The translations under genes were made by a program, and so were the position numbers. A DNA stretch of 33,259 bases from Blastocystis sp. subtype 4 (taxonomy: Eukaryota), in NCBI RefSeq assembly GCF_000743755.1, contig NW_014569451.1:1-33259 (forward strand), given 5' to 3'. The first letter of the stretch is position 1. Each line of letters starts with the position of its first letter. This document shows, piece by piece, positions 20,347 through 32,100 of this stretch. The notes beneath the pieces are model-generated. The model saw only the letters and a list, made by a program, of their open reading frames with translations, was not told the origin of the DNA and made no database searches.

Positions 20347-22725
20347 ATGGATACTTCAGATGATAAGAATAACAGTCAACATACTTCAGGTACAGAATAC
20401 TGCTGGGTTATGTCATTCCTAGATTTGGACTCTGAATCATCATACAGTGATGAAGACAAGAGCGAAGAAATTCAAAAACAAGTAGAAGAATTAAAACAGC
20501 AACTGCAAGCCAATCCGAAAGACAAGGAAGGATATGATAAAATCATCGAACTCTATCGTTCTCTTGGAGAAATTGATGATCTTCGCGCCATTCGATTACA
20601 ATACAAACAGAACTATCCTCTTTCACCAGGTTTTATCTATCTTCTCTTATTTATTCTAGAAATTTGGATTCAATGGATTTCGGATGAAATTCAACTCGTT
20701 TCAAGTGATGAGGACAAAGACAGTATCTGCCATTTGTTTCAAGCTTCCTTAAAGGACTACTACTCCATAGATTTATGGATTCATTATCTAAATTATGTAA
20801 ACACATATTTACCTTCAGAAATGTCAACAACAGTGGAAGAAGCTCTTAAAAGCTGTACTGCAGACTGTATTGAAGGTCTCAGATTATGGGTTATTGTGTT
20901 GGAATGGTCAAAGACGACACAGGAACAACAAATCACAGAATCGTATTTCCTTCGCATGCTTTCGAATCCATATGAGTCTATTCAAGCTGCCTATGATCAA
21001 TACAAAGAGTGGCATGAATCTATCGGTGTGGAGGTAGGGGTAAGTCACTTCCTTGATTATAGATGAACCCAACGGTAGCCTCCATCGTTGAATCCTCTCA
21101 ACGTGAATATGAAAAGCGATCGGTACTGGAAATGGAGTTGGCTGCATCGTTGGAGGTGGATCACATCACCACAGCCTTTCGTCACTTTACTGAGTATGTC
21201 ACATTCGAGACATCCCAACAGAAGAAATCCACATCCTCTGTCAATCGAGTAGTTTGTCTCTTTGAAAGATTTGCTCTTCGATTCAAAGATCTTGCTGATT
21301 TCTGGCATGCCTATTATAGATATGTTTCTGAATCGATCACCCTTCCTAAGAGTCTGTTAACTGTGTCATCTCGCTCTCTTCGTCATGTGAGCAATTGTGG
21401 TCCATTGTATGAAGACAGACTACTTGCTTTGGAAAGTGCAGGACGTGGAGTCAGTTCATTTGGTGAGATCATCTCTACAGCCCTATCACAATGTTTAGGG
21501 AGTTATTACGAGTATCTTCATTTTCTTTTGATGGCTTTGGCTGCATACCGTCATGCCTTTGAAAAGAGGGAATCGGATGCTGAAGCGGCTCTAATGTCGT
21601 TCTGTGGGAACTGTGTGGATTGGATGGTAGGAGTAATGATGGTTGTTTATGCAGAGAGAACTGAATAAGGATTGGTATGAAGGTATATATGAGCTACAGA
21701 AAGCTGTTATGATTGTTTATGTGCGATTACTCCACCAAGAGGAGTTGGCTACTCGAATATGGGAAGGGATTATGAAGTATCATATGACTGAAGCTGGGTA
21801 CTGGCTAGTATTCGTTATTTTAGACTATCATCGTTAGGATTATATTCAATTTGATCGTCTCTATTGTCAAGGCATCCATACACATGATCTGTTCCGTCGA
21901 GCTTGTGCCTCATCGCTCGATCAGACAGAGTATCTGATATCTCTGTGGGAGGATTTTGAACGAACACAAGGGACCTTGGAGTCATGGAATGAGTTCCTGC
22001 GTCGATCTTCTCGCTACCGTGAAGCAGCAGCACAGAGAGAAGCAGCCCAACAGAAGCGGGATATTCCGACAGAAGAATCTCAGGCAGAACCTTCCAAACG
22101 TGTCTGTGTCACAACATCTCAAACCAAGAAGAATCTGAAGGAGAAGAAGAGAGACGCGGCTGTTCAGCGACGTACTGTCTTTGTGAACAATATCCCTTTC
22201 ACTGCTACTGAGGCTGATCTACAAACACTCTTCGCTTCTTATGGATCTATTGCGAGTATTAATGTGGTGAGAAATAATCACGGGAAATCGCGAGGATTTG
22301 CTTATGTTGAATTTGAGGAAGAGCAATCAGCGAGCAATGCAATTGAACAGAATGGAAAGGAACTACAACATCGCAAATTGGAGGTGAAACTTTCTGTCCC
22401 TCAGGATGAACGAAAGATGGAGAAGAAAGAGACTCATTCTACAGTATCTGCCACTATTTATGTTAGTGGACTTCCTACAGGAGTAAGTGAATATGAATTC
22501 AGTGTGTTCTTCTCCAAAGTGGGTATGTGGGGAGAGTTCAATAGTAGTGTGGAAAAGTCATCAGTTCACGAGTGATCCGAGACAAAGTCACCAAGGTGGG
22601 AAAAGGAACGGGACTTTTACAGTTCGCTGAGGATGCATCGGTAGAGAATGCCTTGAAAATGGATGGCGAGACTTGGCAGAATCACACTATTCGTGTGCAA
22701 CGATCGAAATTTGCTGTGAAATCAT
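20347..22725 (+). CDS. SART3: SART3/Prp24-like U4/U6 recycling factor (HAT repeats plus two RRMs)
   Basis: YPLSP..IWIQWISDE, DYYSIDLWIHYL, HAT helices; RRM1 TVFVNNIPF...SRGFAYVEF, RRM2 TIYVSGLP. TCA T(22725)|GGAG TGTTTGTT predicts a poly(A)-made stop. Confidence 0.85.
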
Positions 22726-22729
22726 GGAG

Positions 22730-22758
22730 TGTTTGTTTATAGAGAGGTTGAACAAACA
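22730..22758. terminator. Convergent TGTTTGTT motifs of SART3 (+) and RPS28 (-)
   Basis: Exact motifs at 22730-22737 (+) and 22758-22751 (-). Confidence 0.8.
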
Positions 22759-22792
22759 CTCCAAAATCAGGTTTAATCAACATGACATGAAC

Positions 22793-23136
22793 TTAACGGA
22801 GACGACGTGCTTCACGCTCCCACTCCAACAGGGTCAGGATGTCTCCTTCACGGATAGGTCCCTAGCCATTACAACCTACTTAAATGATTCTACCTTCACA
22901 TTTCTGACAATGCTACGCTTGCTAGCATCCATAAAAGTGACACGAACCTAAGCTTCAAGAAGAGACAGAATATGGACCTGAGTAACGTTTCCAGTGTTGC
23001 CAGTTCTTCCCAGAACCTTATCAACGACGGCGTTCTTGACTTCGTTCTCCTATAACAAGATGAGCAACCATCCAGTCAAAGAGAAAAATAAATGGTTTAT
23101 CATCATTTGGTACACATTGGAACAAAACCATACCAT
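22793..23136 (-). CDS. RPS28: 40S ribosomal protein S28 (eS28)
   Basis: M/ENEVKNAVVDKVLGRTGNTGNVTQ/VRVTFMDASKRSIVRNVK/GPIREGDILTLLEWEREARRLR; not in the ORF track; ATG-only first coding exon inferred. Confidence 0.95.
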
Positions 23137-23292
23137 ATTTTTCAAAGAATAAACCTGAATACTGGTGAAAGAGAAAAAGGAAAGAATTGGGTCTAAGGGT
23201 CATTAATGCCAATATGGCCCATCTATGTATTCACATCAAAAACGCATGATCATATTCGTGTTTAGGGAGATGGTACACTATTCATTCTTGAA

Positions 23293-24666
23293 ATGAAATC
23301 TGAAGAAGATTACTCGTCTCATAAGGATTCTGGAAGAGTCAAGAAGAAGGAGTCCTTTAGAGATATGAATGATCAAAACAGGAATATTGCGGGCATGACA
23401 TCATCGATTCTTAATGTGGCAAATCAGATTATTGGTGCAGGCATATTAACAATTCCTTATATGGTTCATGAAACTGGAGTGTATGGATCTCTGATTATGC
23501 TAATATTCTCATTTGCTTTGTCGCTGCTAAGTGCTCATTTCTTGGCGATTGCAGCTGACTATACTCATCAAGATACATACGGAGGGATTGCAACTGATTT
23601 ATTCAATTCATCTCTGGCTTGGTTTTCTGATCTCGCCTTGACAGTATTCAACTTTGGGACTTCTGTATCATATTCGATCATTCTATATGATCAACTGGAT
23701 GATCTACTTCATTTATGGTTTGGGATTGACGTGAATTTTTTGGCTGCCAATCACATTGTACTGTTCTAGTGTCAATAGTTATTTCTAGTGGATTACACTC
23801 CTCGAGACATTTCTGCTCTTCATTCCGTTTCTAGGAACGGAATCGTTGAATGCACTGCGATTTACTTCGGTTATCACAATGGTCTGTGCAACGATATTTG
23901 TTGCAGTTGCTCTTTATCTCGGGATTTCACAACTGGTGACAGATGTAAACCTTATTTAGAGTATTGACTGTAGCCTCTCCAGTATGCACGCTTTCCCAAG
24001 AATTTTGCATCTGTTTTATCCTCAGTTGCTATCTTTTCAAGTGCTCTATGTTATCATACGGGTATTCCTGTCATGGTGAAAGAGATACGATATTCTGACT
24101 TATCATCCTATCGCAATCGTGTTCATATGTTGGATGTTGTTAATGGAGTATCCTCCTTCTTCTCTGCTCTTCTCTATTATCTAGTAGGTGTATTTGGGTA
24201 TTTTGCATTTGGGAGTTCGATTCAGGAGAATATCCTGGGTAATTTTGTATCACTTCAGTTTGGGTTTGTTCATCTGGTTAAAGCAGCTTATGCTGTGGTG
24301 ATGATTTGTTCGAATCCCGTGATTGTCTATCCGTCAATCCTGACTATAGACAAATGGTTTTTCTCTTCTTCTTCAACACTTCTGAGAAGACTTGTGGAAG
24401 GTATGATCTGGTCACTGTTAGCCTGGATCGTGGCTCTAATGCTCCCTCATCTAACCATCGTCTTTGGGCTCACTGGTTCAACGGGAGGGTTTATTATGAT
24501 CTTTACTCTACCTGCTCTGTTCTATATTCGGATTTGCCATCGTTCCCGACGAATGAAGAAGAGAGGTGAAGATAGGTCCTGGTTATATATCTCTGCTCAC
24601 ATCGTCTTATGGTTGTCGATTGTGTTAGGCATGATTGCAACAATTGTTCAAATTCAATCTTTCTAA
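23293..24666 (+). CDS. Amino acid transporter, AAAP/SLC38-like family
   Basis: SSILNVANQIIGAGILTIPY, GVFGYFAFG, VFGLTGSTGG...FTLPALFY; multiple TM helices; TAA 24664-24666. Confidence 0.92.
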
Positions 24667-24668
24667 TG

Positions 24669-24684
24669 TATTTGTTAAGAAACG
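24669..24684. terminator. Abutting poly(A)-site motifs of the AAAP (+) and NIPA-like (-) genes
   Basis: TATTTGTT (+, 24669-24676) directly abuts CGTTTCTT (-, 24684-24677). Confidence 0.6.
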
Positions 24685-24688
24685 CAAA

Positions 24689-25948
24689 AGGATAAGTCCA
24701 GAGAAAACGAAGGGAACTTGCGAACCACGGAGTCAGCTTCGACGGAAACGATTTCCTCCATGGCAGCAGGAAGGGGATTCTAGACATTAGCTAATGACGA
24801 CGCAATGACATGCATATTTAGTTTTGGGTTGATTTGTCTGGACAAGTCCAATAAGGTTCAGGCAAATTCCCGCAATATACACAGCAATCTGAAGGAACTA
24901 CAGATAACCTTATCCCTAGATAGTTACAGTTGCAGTCTGCATTTCATTAAAGAAGAGAATTCCAGAAATACTACCAATTATGATAAAACTTCCTTGATAT
25001 CTACGAATAAAGAGATCGTTGGAACCTCACAATGGAATAATGTACATGGCTTCATACCGTTTGAGACCAGCGTTGAGAGCAATAATTCCTCCTCCAGCTG
25101 TAACTCCTACCATAATAAGGCAATAATAGACCCAAGGAATGGTGAAGACAGGTATTCCCTTCAGAAAACTAGATCGAAATGCAACACATTGGATTACTCC
25201 GAAATGATGATCCCTAGACATTTGATGTAGGTCTGATTCCCACTGAGAACTCCCGACAAGAGTCCAAAAGCCAAACTCAATTGTTAAAACTGATGAATCC
25301 ATACCCTCGATAGGATTGTAGACGATCTCGCGACTGCAACAGAATAACCGACAATAGGAAGAGTGTGAGTACAGCATAAACAGTATTAAATAGAATGGAG
25401 GAGGGTTGTCGAGATAACTGTGTCAAATCTTCGACAGTGAAAGAGGTTGGAGTATGTGTTGCCGAAAGGGATATCAAAAGGCATCCACTGCATAATGAAG
25501 GAAGAACTCATTGGATAGCTCAAGGATATAGTGTGATGAGGAAGGTGGATCGATACTTTCCATCATCTACAGTTTCAGGAAGAAGATGGGAAGAAAAGAA
25601 CAGTGACCATACAATACTGAGACCAGCAAAAGGAGTCAACATGGATTGAGCGGCGAAGGAATACGAAAAGACAGAAAGCACCGGATTGAGAACGATGATG
25701 AGGAATTGGGAAATGAAGGACAGAATACGAACTGGGCAACTAGGGATAAGGAACGAAAAGACCTTCTACTGTAGCAGAAAGGATGAAACGAATGGAAATC
25801 GACTCCAGTGCATTTGCAAATACTCTGGATATGCCTTTGATGTCTCGATTAGATATACACACCGGATCATCACCTTGCCCAGACTTCCCACTGCTGTCGA
25901 TAAGAGTGCAAGGAAAACTCCAATTAGCCAGTTTGGAACGATCTTCAT
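24689..25948 (-). CDS. NIPA-like (DMT superfamily) Mg2+ transporter
   Basis: WLIGVFLALLSTAVGSLGKVM, SYSFAAQSMLTPFAGLSIVWS, LNAGLKRYEAMYIIP. 3' end uncertain (see finding). Confidence 0.8.
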
Positions 25949-26161
25949 TTTGACAGAACAGGTTGAGACTTCGGGGGATAGAAAGGATATTGTTTCCAAA
26001 TGTAGGTGTGGTAAGGAACGTTAGTTGTAGGAAACATATTCAAAATCCGAAGAATGAATGACATGCCACAACATGAAGAAAGAATATGCAAATGGAACAC
26101 AAGAAAGAGTTTCAAAAATGTCTAAAAATGGGATGAAACTGAATGGCAATCCGTTATAAGA

Positions 26162-28029
26162 TTACAGAGGTACAAGAGGAGCCTTCACGTCATATTGTAT
26201 AATGCGATCAGCAGGAAGACAGTAACAAAGCCGTTGGGTGTTGGGATTCGAATACTGACAGAACGGGAAACTGTCAACAGAGACGAGACACATTCCTCCA
26301 TATCCACCTCCATCGTTTACATAGGACGGAATATCATTACTAACTTCATTCCAACATCCCTTCTCACATGGGAAATAGGATTTCATCACATTACAATTGT
26401 TCACAAACTCTAACTGAACTCGATCACAACTGAGATTCTGACGAGAACAAGCAGAAGTACACGTTTCTCCCTTGTTCGTAGTAACAATGATTCCATCCGG
26501 ATTCAATTTCAATGAAAACTAGATCACAAAGAAGACACAATAGATACTCTTTCAGGAGTGAGATACCAGCCATCTCGACGATCAATGAAAAAGATCTCTG
26601 AGTCAGGTCGACTAATCCACAATAATCCACAATGCATTCCACGAAGGGAAGAGAAGAGAGAAAGTCGTCGAGCGACTTTTGGAAACCACTAACAATGAGA
26701 AACGAGGATCAAGACTACTTCTCTGAGTGTGAAGATAAGAATGACACGATGATGGTAGCGCAGGGCAGTAGAGACGTCCTTTCCATTCTTCCCATCAATA
26801 ATCACCACTTCCTTGTCTGTTAGATCATTTGCAACGAAATGCACCTGAGGAGTGGGCAAAGGAACGTGAGAGCCAAGTGCTTTCCGATAAGGCTGTTTCA
26901 TTTGAGGAAGAATTGTTGAGTGATCTTTCGGGTCAACAAAGAATTGTAGGAGAGAGCGATCATAATTATCCTGGATCAAATAGCTCAGATCACCCAGATC
27001 TACAAGTTCTGAGACTATCGGATAACTTGATAATCTCATTGAAAGAGCCTTACTCGCAGTGGAGCTCTCAGGAGATACTAAATGACGAATACGAGGTGTA
27101 ACAGGATATACGCACTCCACTTGAAGTGAAGCAGCTCGAATACGTAGCCAATGATCCCAACCATTGGTGGTATGGGTCAATGGTTGCTTGTACCACAAAA
27201 CATCGTATCCATGTCGATGGAACATGAGACCGAGATTTGGGAAGGAGGCGGTACGCTTGAGAAGAATAGGATCTGCATTTTCACCATAACCATGATCATT
27301 GAATGCACTTACACATACCAGACTCGGATCTGCTTCAAGGAGTTGTGACGTCTGCTTGTAGAAATTGAGAAGATCTGGAGACAACCCTAAGTCGTCTTCC
27401 AGGATAATCACATGACTGTGATTGCGCCGTTCAAATAACTCTTGCAGAACGAACTGGTAATGCAACTGAATCCGAAGGAATGGATGAGGGATTGCCTTTT
27501 GCGTTTCTGGGTCATGATAGTGAAGGAAAGAGATGGAATGGTTTGTGAACTCCAGCGAACTGAGGGATTCTGGGCACCCGAACGATACGTAGAGAGAAAA
27601 TTCGTCAATCTGAGAAAGAGAAACGAGAGAATTCAGAAGGTGGAGTACCATTGATGGCCGTTTACAGGCAAGAACTACAATTGCTGGATTATTCATTCGA
27701 AATGAAGGAATTTGGTTCGGAGTGATAAACATAGGATGTTCCCGAAATAGACGAGTATCTCTATTGATCTCCTCAGGTGTTAACGGATCCTCCATAAGTT
27801 TCAGCTGGACTGTTGTTTCATACTGAATATCGAAAACAGTTGGAACTGAAGTATCCACATTAACGGTGAGGTTTATTGGAGCCGCAACCTCATTTACATG
27901 AACATATTCAATAATCCATTTCAGGTAACTACGGCTCAAGGAGATCCTGTTGACCAACACCATCTGCCCCATAATCATGAGTATCAAAGACAGCACGAAT
28001 ATAGAGAAGAACCAGTGAATATTAAACAT
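26162..28029 (-). CDS. GT13 family (GnT-I/POMGnT1-like) GlcNAc transferase with an extra Cys-rich C-terminal domain
   Basis: Type II TM anchor; IVVLACKRP, VIILEDDL, CVSAFNDHG, RTASFPNLG, WDHWLR, ECVYPVTPR. Confidence 0.85.
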
Positions 28030-28105
28030 AGAGTAGCGAAAAGAAAAATAACACTCTTTGCTTCAGTTGAGAATAAGGTTAGTCATCTTCTAAGCACAAA
28101 TCCAA

Positions 28106-28951
28106 ATGGTGAAGACAAAGAATACGTTGGGTGCGAAGGCAACGAAGATGTTGGACTACATCAACCACATCATCCGTGTGGAACTTATCGATGGGTAATA
28201 GGATTGAGAAATGGATTTGAGTTCTAGAAGAAGCTTTATTGGGCAGTTCATTGCGTATGATGTTCATATGAACTTGGTGTTATCGAAAGCAAAAGAGGTA
28301 GTAACAAAGGGAATTAAACGGAATTTACCACCCCTTCCAAGTGATTATTTTGCGATATTGGTGACACTTCTAGATCTTCCTGGAGAAGACATTACAATTG
28401 AAAAACAACGTGGGCTAGTGATAATCCGAGGCGTGAATATAATATCAGTACATATTTGTGGACCTCCTCCTTGCAAACCTGTATGGAGTGTGGAGAAGGG
28501 ATAATTGGATAGGATAACGAAATTCCGAAACAGTTCCCTCTGGCAAATTGGGCAAAATGGCAAACGGATAGTCGTAGGGTGATGGTATTTGAGTGTGAGA
28601 ATAGAATTGGGATTGGTGTCGGGACCTCCACCAATGATGGGTATGGTTCCAAGGCCCGGAATGATGCCTTTTGCTCCAGGAATGGTTCCAAGGCCTGGAA
28701 TGATGCCTTTTGCTCCAGGAATGGTACCTCCTGGTGTAGTCCCAGGTGTGGTTCCAGGTGCAGTTCCAGGTGCAGTTCCAGGTGCTGCTCCAGGTGCTGC
28801 TCCAAATGGAGTTCCAGGTCCAGCTCTTGGTATGATGCCTCCTAGACCTGGCATGATGCCCCCCAGACCTGGCATGATGCTTCCTGCTGGCATGATGCCT
28901 CCGCGCCCTGGCATGATGCCTCCAACAGGTGTAGCTCCACCTAGACCGTAA
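28106..28951 (+). CDS. SNRPB: Spliceosomal Sm protein B/B'
   Basis: [35 protein letters not shown]...[18 protein letters not shown], then a P/G/M-rich repetitive tail. Confidence 0.92.
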
Positions 28952-29155
28952 CTATAGTATCAAGGATTCTCTTGTCTGATAGGTTTTTTCATATGTTTTG
29001 TTTGTTTGACGTCAATAAGACGCTGGAAAGGAATACAAAGATCGGAGAGGAAGACGAGAATCGCGGTTATTGTTTGGAATCTAGGGGTTAGGGAAATCTC
29101 CAGAGGCTCAAATCTCCTTTACAAGTGGCTTGAAACTTGTCCTTTTAATTTATCT

Positions 29156-32100
29156 ATGGAGTAGGACTATTTGTTACTAGTCTCATCAGCAGAGAAGTTG
29201 TAATTCACTACTTTCGTACTCCTGGTTTGACAGAGGCTGCAACCGACAGTTTGCTTAGAAAATCCAGAAAGAATATCTCTGAGAAAATCGAGAAGATTGA
29301 AACCGAGTTCTGTTACAATCTTCAAGTGGTTTCCGAGCTGACGAAGGATCAGGTGACTGTAGGAGATGAGAGATGAGTTGATTTGTAGGTTTTAACATGG
29401 CTTCTCAGCGAGAGCTACAATCCTGACGGCTTTGGACGAGAAGCCTTTTTGAAAGCCACGAATGATAAGGAGTATTTGACAGAGGTGGGACCTCGTCTCA
29501 ACTTCTCGACTGCGTGGTCTACTAATGCGATTTGCATCTTCCATGCTTGTGGTTTGACAAATATTCCTCGTGCTGAATGTTCTCGTCGCTACCTTCTTCA
29601 CTGCAGTGAACCTTTGACAGACGAGGAGAAGCTTGCATTTACACGTAGAGGGATAGAGTGAATATGAGATGTAGAATCGGTTCATGATCGTATGACAGAG
29701 GAACCTTATTTGACTCGTTTGACCTCTTTCAAGACTGGAGTGGAACCTGCTCCGATTAAGACATATCCTGTGCTTGTGGGTGGAAAGGAGGAGTTGAAAG
29801 AAGTGAGTGTGTGAGAGAGAAATGAGAGATAGCTTGATGCTGAGTTTGGTCTGTCGTTTGATGAACAGGATCTGGAATACTACACTCACTTATTCTGTGA
29901 GGTTCTGAAACGTGATCCTACAGATGTGGAACTCTTCGATATTGCTCAATCCAATAGTGAACATTCTCGTCACTGGTTCTTTGGAGGTAATATGGTGATT
30001 GATGGCGAGAAGAAGGAGCGTTCTCTCTTCCGCATCGTTAAGGATACATTGACACCTGAGCGTCGTGCTAACAGTGTTATTGCCTTCGATGATAATTCCT
30101 CAGCTATTCGTGGTTTCCCTATCACTACGATTCAACCAGAAACACCAGGATGTCCCTCTCGTTTCATTCAGGAGCAGTTCATGTCCCATATTCTGCTGTC
30201 AGCTGAGACACATAACTTCCCTTCAGGTGTGGCTCCCTTCCCTGGTGCTGAGTAGAGGTGTGTATAGAGTGTGAGTTGTAGGACTGGAACTGGAGGTCGT
30301 ATTCGTGATGTGCAGGCCACAGGAACAGGTGCTAATGTGACTGCAGGAACAGCAGGTTATGCTGTGGGTCAGCTGAATATTCCAGGTTATGATCTTCCTT
30401 GGGAGGAGAAGTGGAATTATCCGAACAACTTGGCGAAGCCTTTGACGATTGAAATTGATGCGAGTAACGGAGCATCGGACTATGGCAACAAGTATGGTGA
30501 GCCTGTGATCACTGGTTATACACGTTCGTTTGGTATGCGTCTCCCTAACGGAGAGCGTCGAGAGTACGTGAAACCCATCATGTTCTCAGGAGGTGTGGGT
30601 CAGTTGGATGATCGTCATCTTCACAAGGGCAAGCCTGAGAAGGGGATGCTGGTAGTGAAGATAGGTGGTCCTGCGTATCGTATTGGACTGGGAGGTGGTG
30701 CAGCTTCGTCGCGTGTCCAAGATGCAGCTCAGGCAGCTCTTGATTTTGATGCTGTCCAGCGTGGTGATGCTGAGATGGAGAACAAGATGAATCGTGTGAT
30801 TCGTGCTGCTATCGAGTGTCGTGATGCCAATCCAATTGTGTCGATCCACGATCAAGGAGCAGGAGGTAATGGAAATGTGCTGAAGGAGATTAGTGCTCCA
30901 AATGGTAGGTATGTGATGAGGGGATGAGAGATAGGTGCGGAGCTGGATATTCGTAATGTGGTGGTGGGCGATCCAACTATGTCAGTGCGAGAGTTGTGGG
31001 GAGCCGAGTACCAAGAGAATGATGCTATTTTGATCCGTCCTGAGGATCGTGAGTTTATCGAGAACGTTGGAAAGCGTGAGAATGTACCTGTGATGGTGCT
31101 AGGTGAGATTACTGATTCTGGTCATATGGTGGTGAAGGACTCAAATACTGGCGAGACAGCTGTGGATCTGGATCTGGAGTTAGTGTTGGGTGACATGCCC
31201 AAGAAGACCTTTGTGGACCATCATGTGCCTGCGGTTCTGAAGCCATTAGAGTTGCCAGCAGATCTGACAGTGATGGATGCCTTAGATCGTGTGTTGCGTT
31301 TGATTAGCGTGGGAAGCAAGCGTTTCCTGACGAACAAGGTGGATCGTTCAGTGACAGGTCTGATTGCCCGTCAGCAGTGTTGTGGTCCTCTCCATCTGCC
31401 TCTCTCAGATGTGGCTGTGTTCTGTCAATCCTATTTCTCCACAACTGGTTGTGCTACGGCTATTGGTGAACAACCTGTGAAAGGTCTGATTAATCCTCCT
31501 GCAATGGGTCGTTTGACAGTAGGAGAGGCATGTACGAATCTGGTATGGGCAGCTATCACAGATATTGAGGAGGTAAAGTGTAGCGGTAACTGGATGTGGG
31601 CAAGCAAACTGGAAGGTGAAGGCGCTGCGATGTATGATTGTTGTGAGGCAATGGGAAAGGCGATGATCGAATTGGGTATAGCTGTAGATGGTGGTAAGGA
31701 TTCGGTGTCTATGGCTGCCAAGGTGGATGATGAGTTGGTGAAGGCTCCTGGTACTTTGGTGGTGTCTGTGTATGCAGCATGTCCTGATGTCTCATTGACG
31801 GTGACTCCTGATCTGAAGCATCCTGGTCGTTCAACACTTCTGTTTGTGGATCTGGGTGATGGTCACAAGCATTTGGGTGGATCGGCACTGGCTCAGACAT
31901 TCAAGCAGGTGGGAGATTCTTGTCCAGACCTGGATACAGCGGTGTTGAAGCGAGCTTTCCGTGTGACCCAGAAGTTGTTGCGTGAGCGTCTGTTGGTGTC
32001 AGGTCATGATCGTTCTGATGGTGGTCTTATCACTACAGTGTTGGAAATGTGCTTCGGAGGGAACTGCGGAGCAGAGGTGCATTTACCCGAAGAGGCCTCG

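Noticed and set aside
19975..21066. Single 363-aa ORF as one gene
   Set aside because: It joins the PDI tail, a linker, SART3 exons and in-frame introns.
28345..28914. Antisense and alternative-frame ORFs over SmB
   Set aside because: Shadow ORFs of the Pro/Gly/Met repeats.
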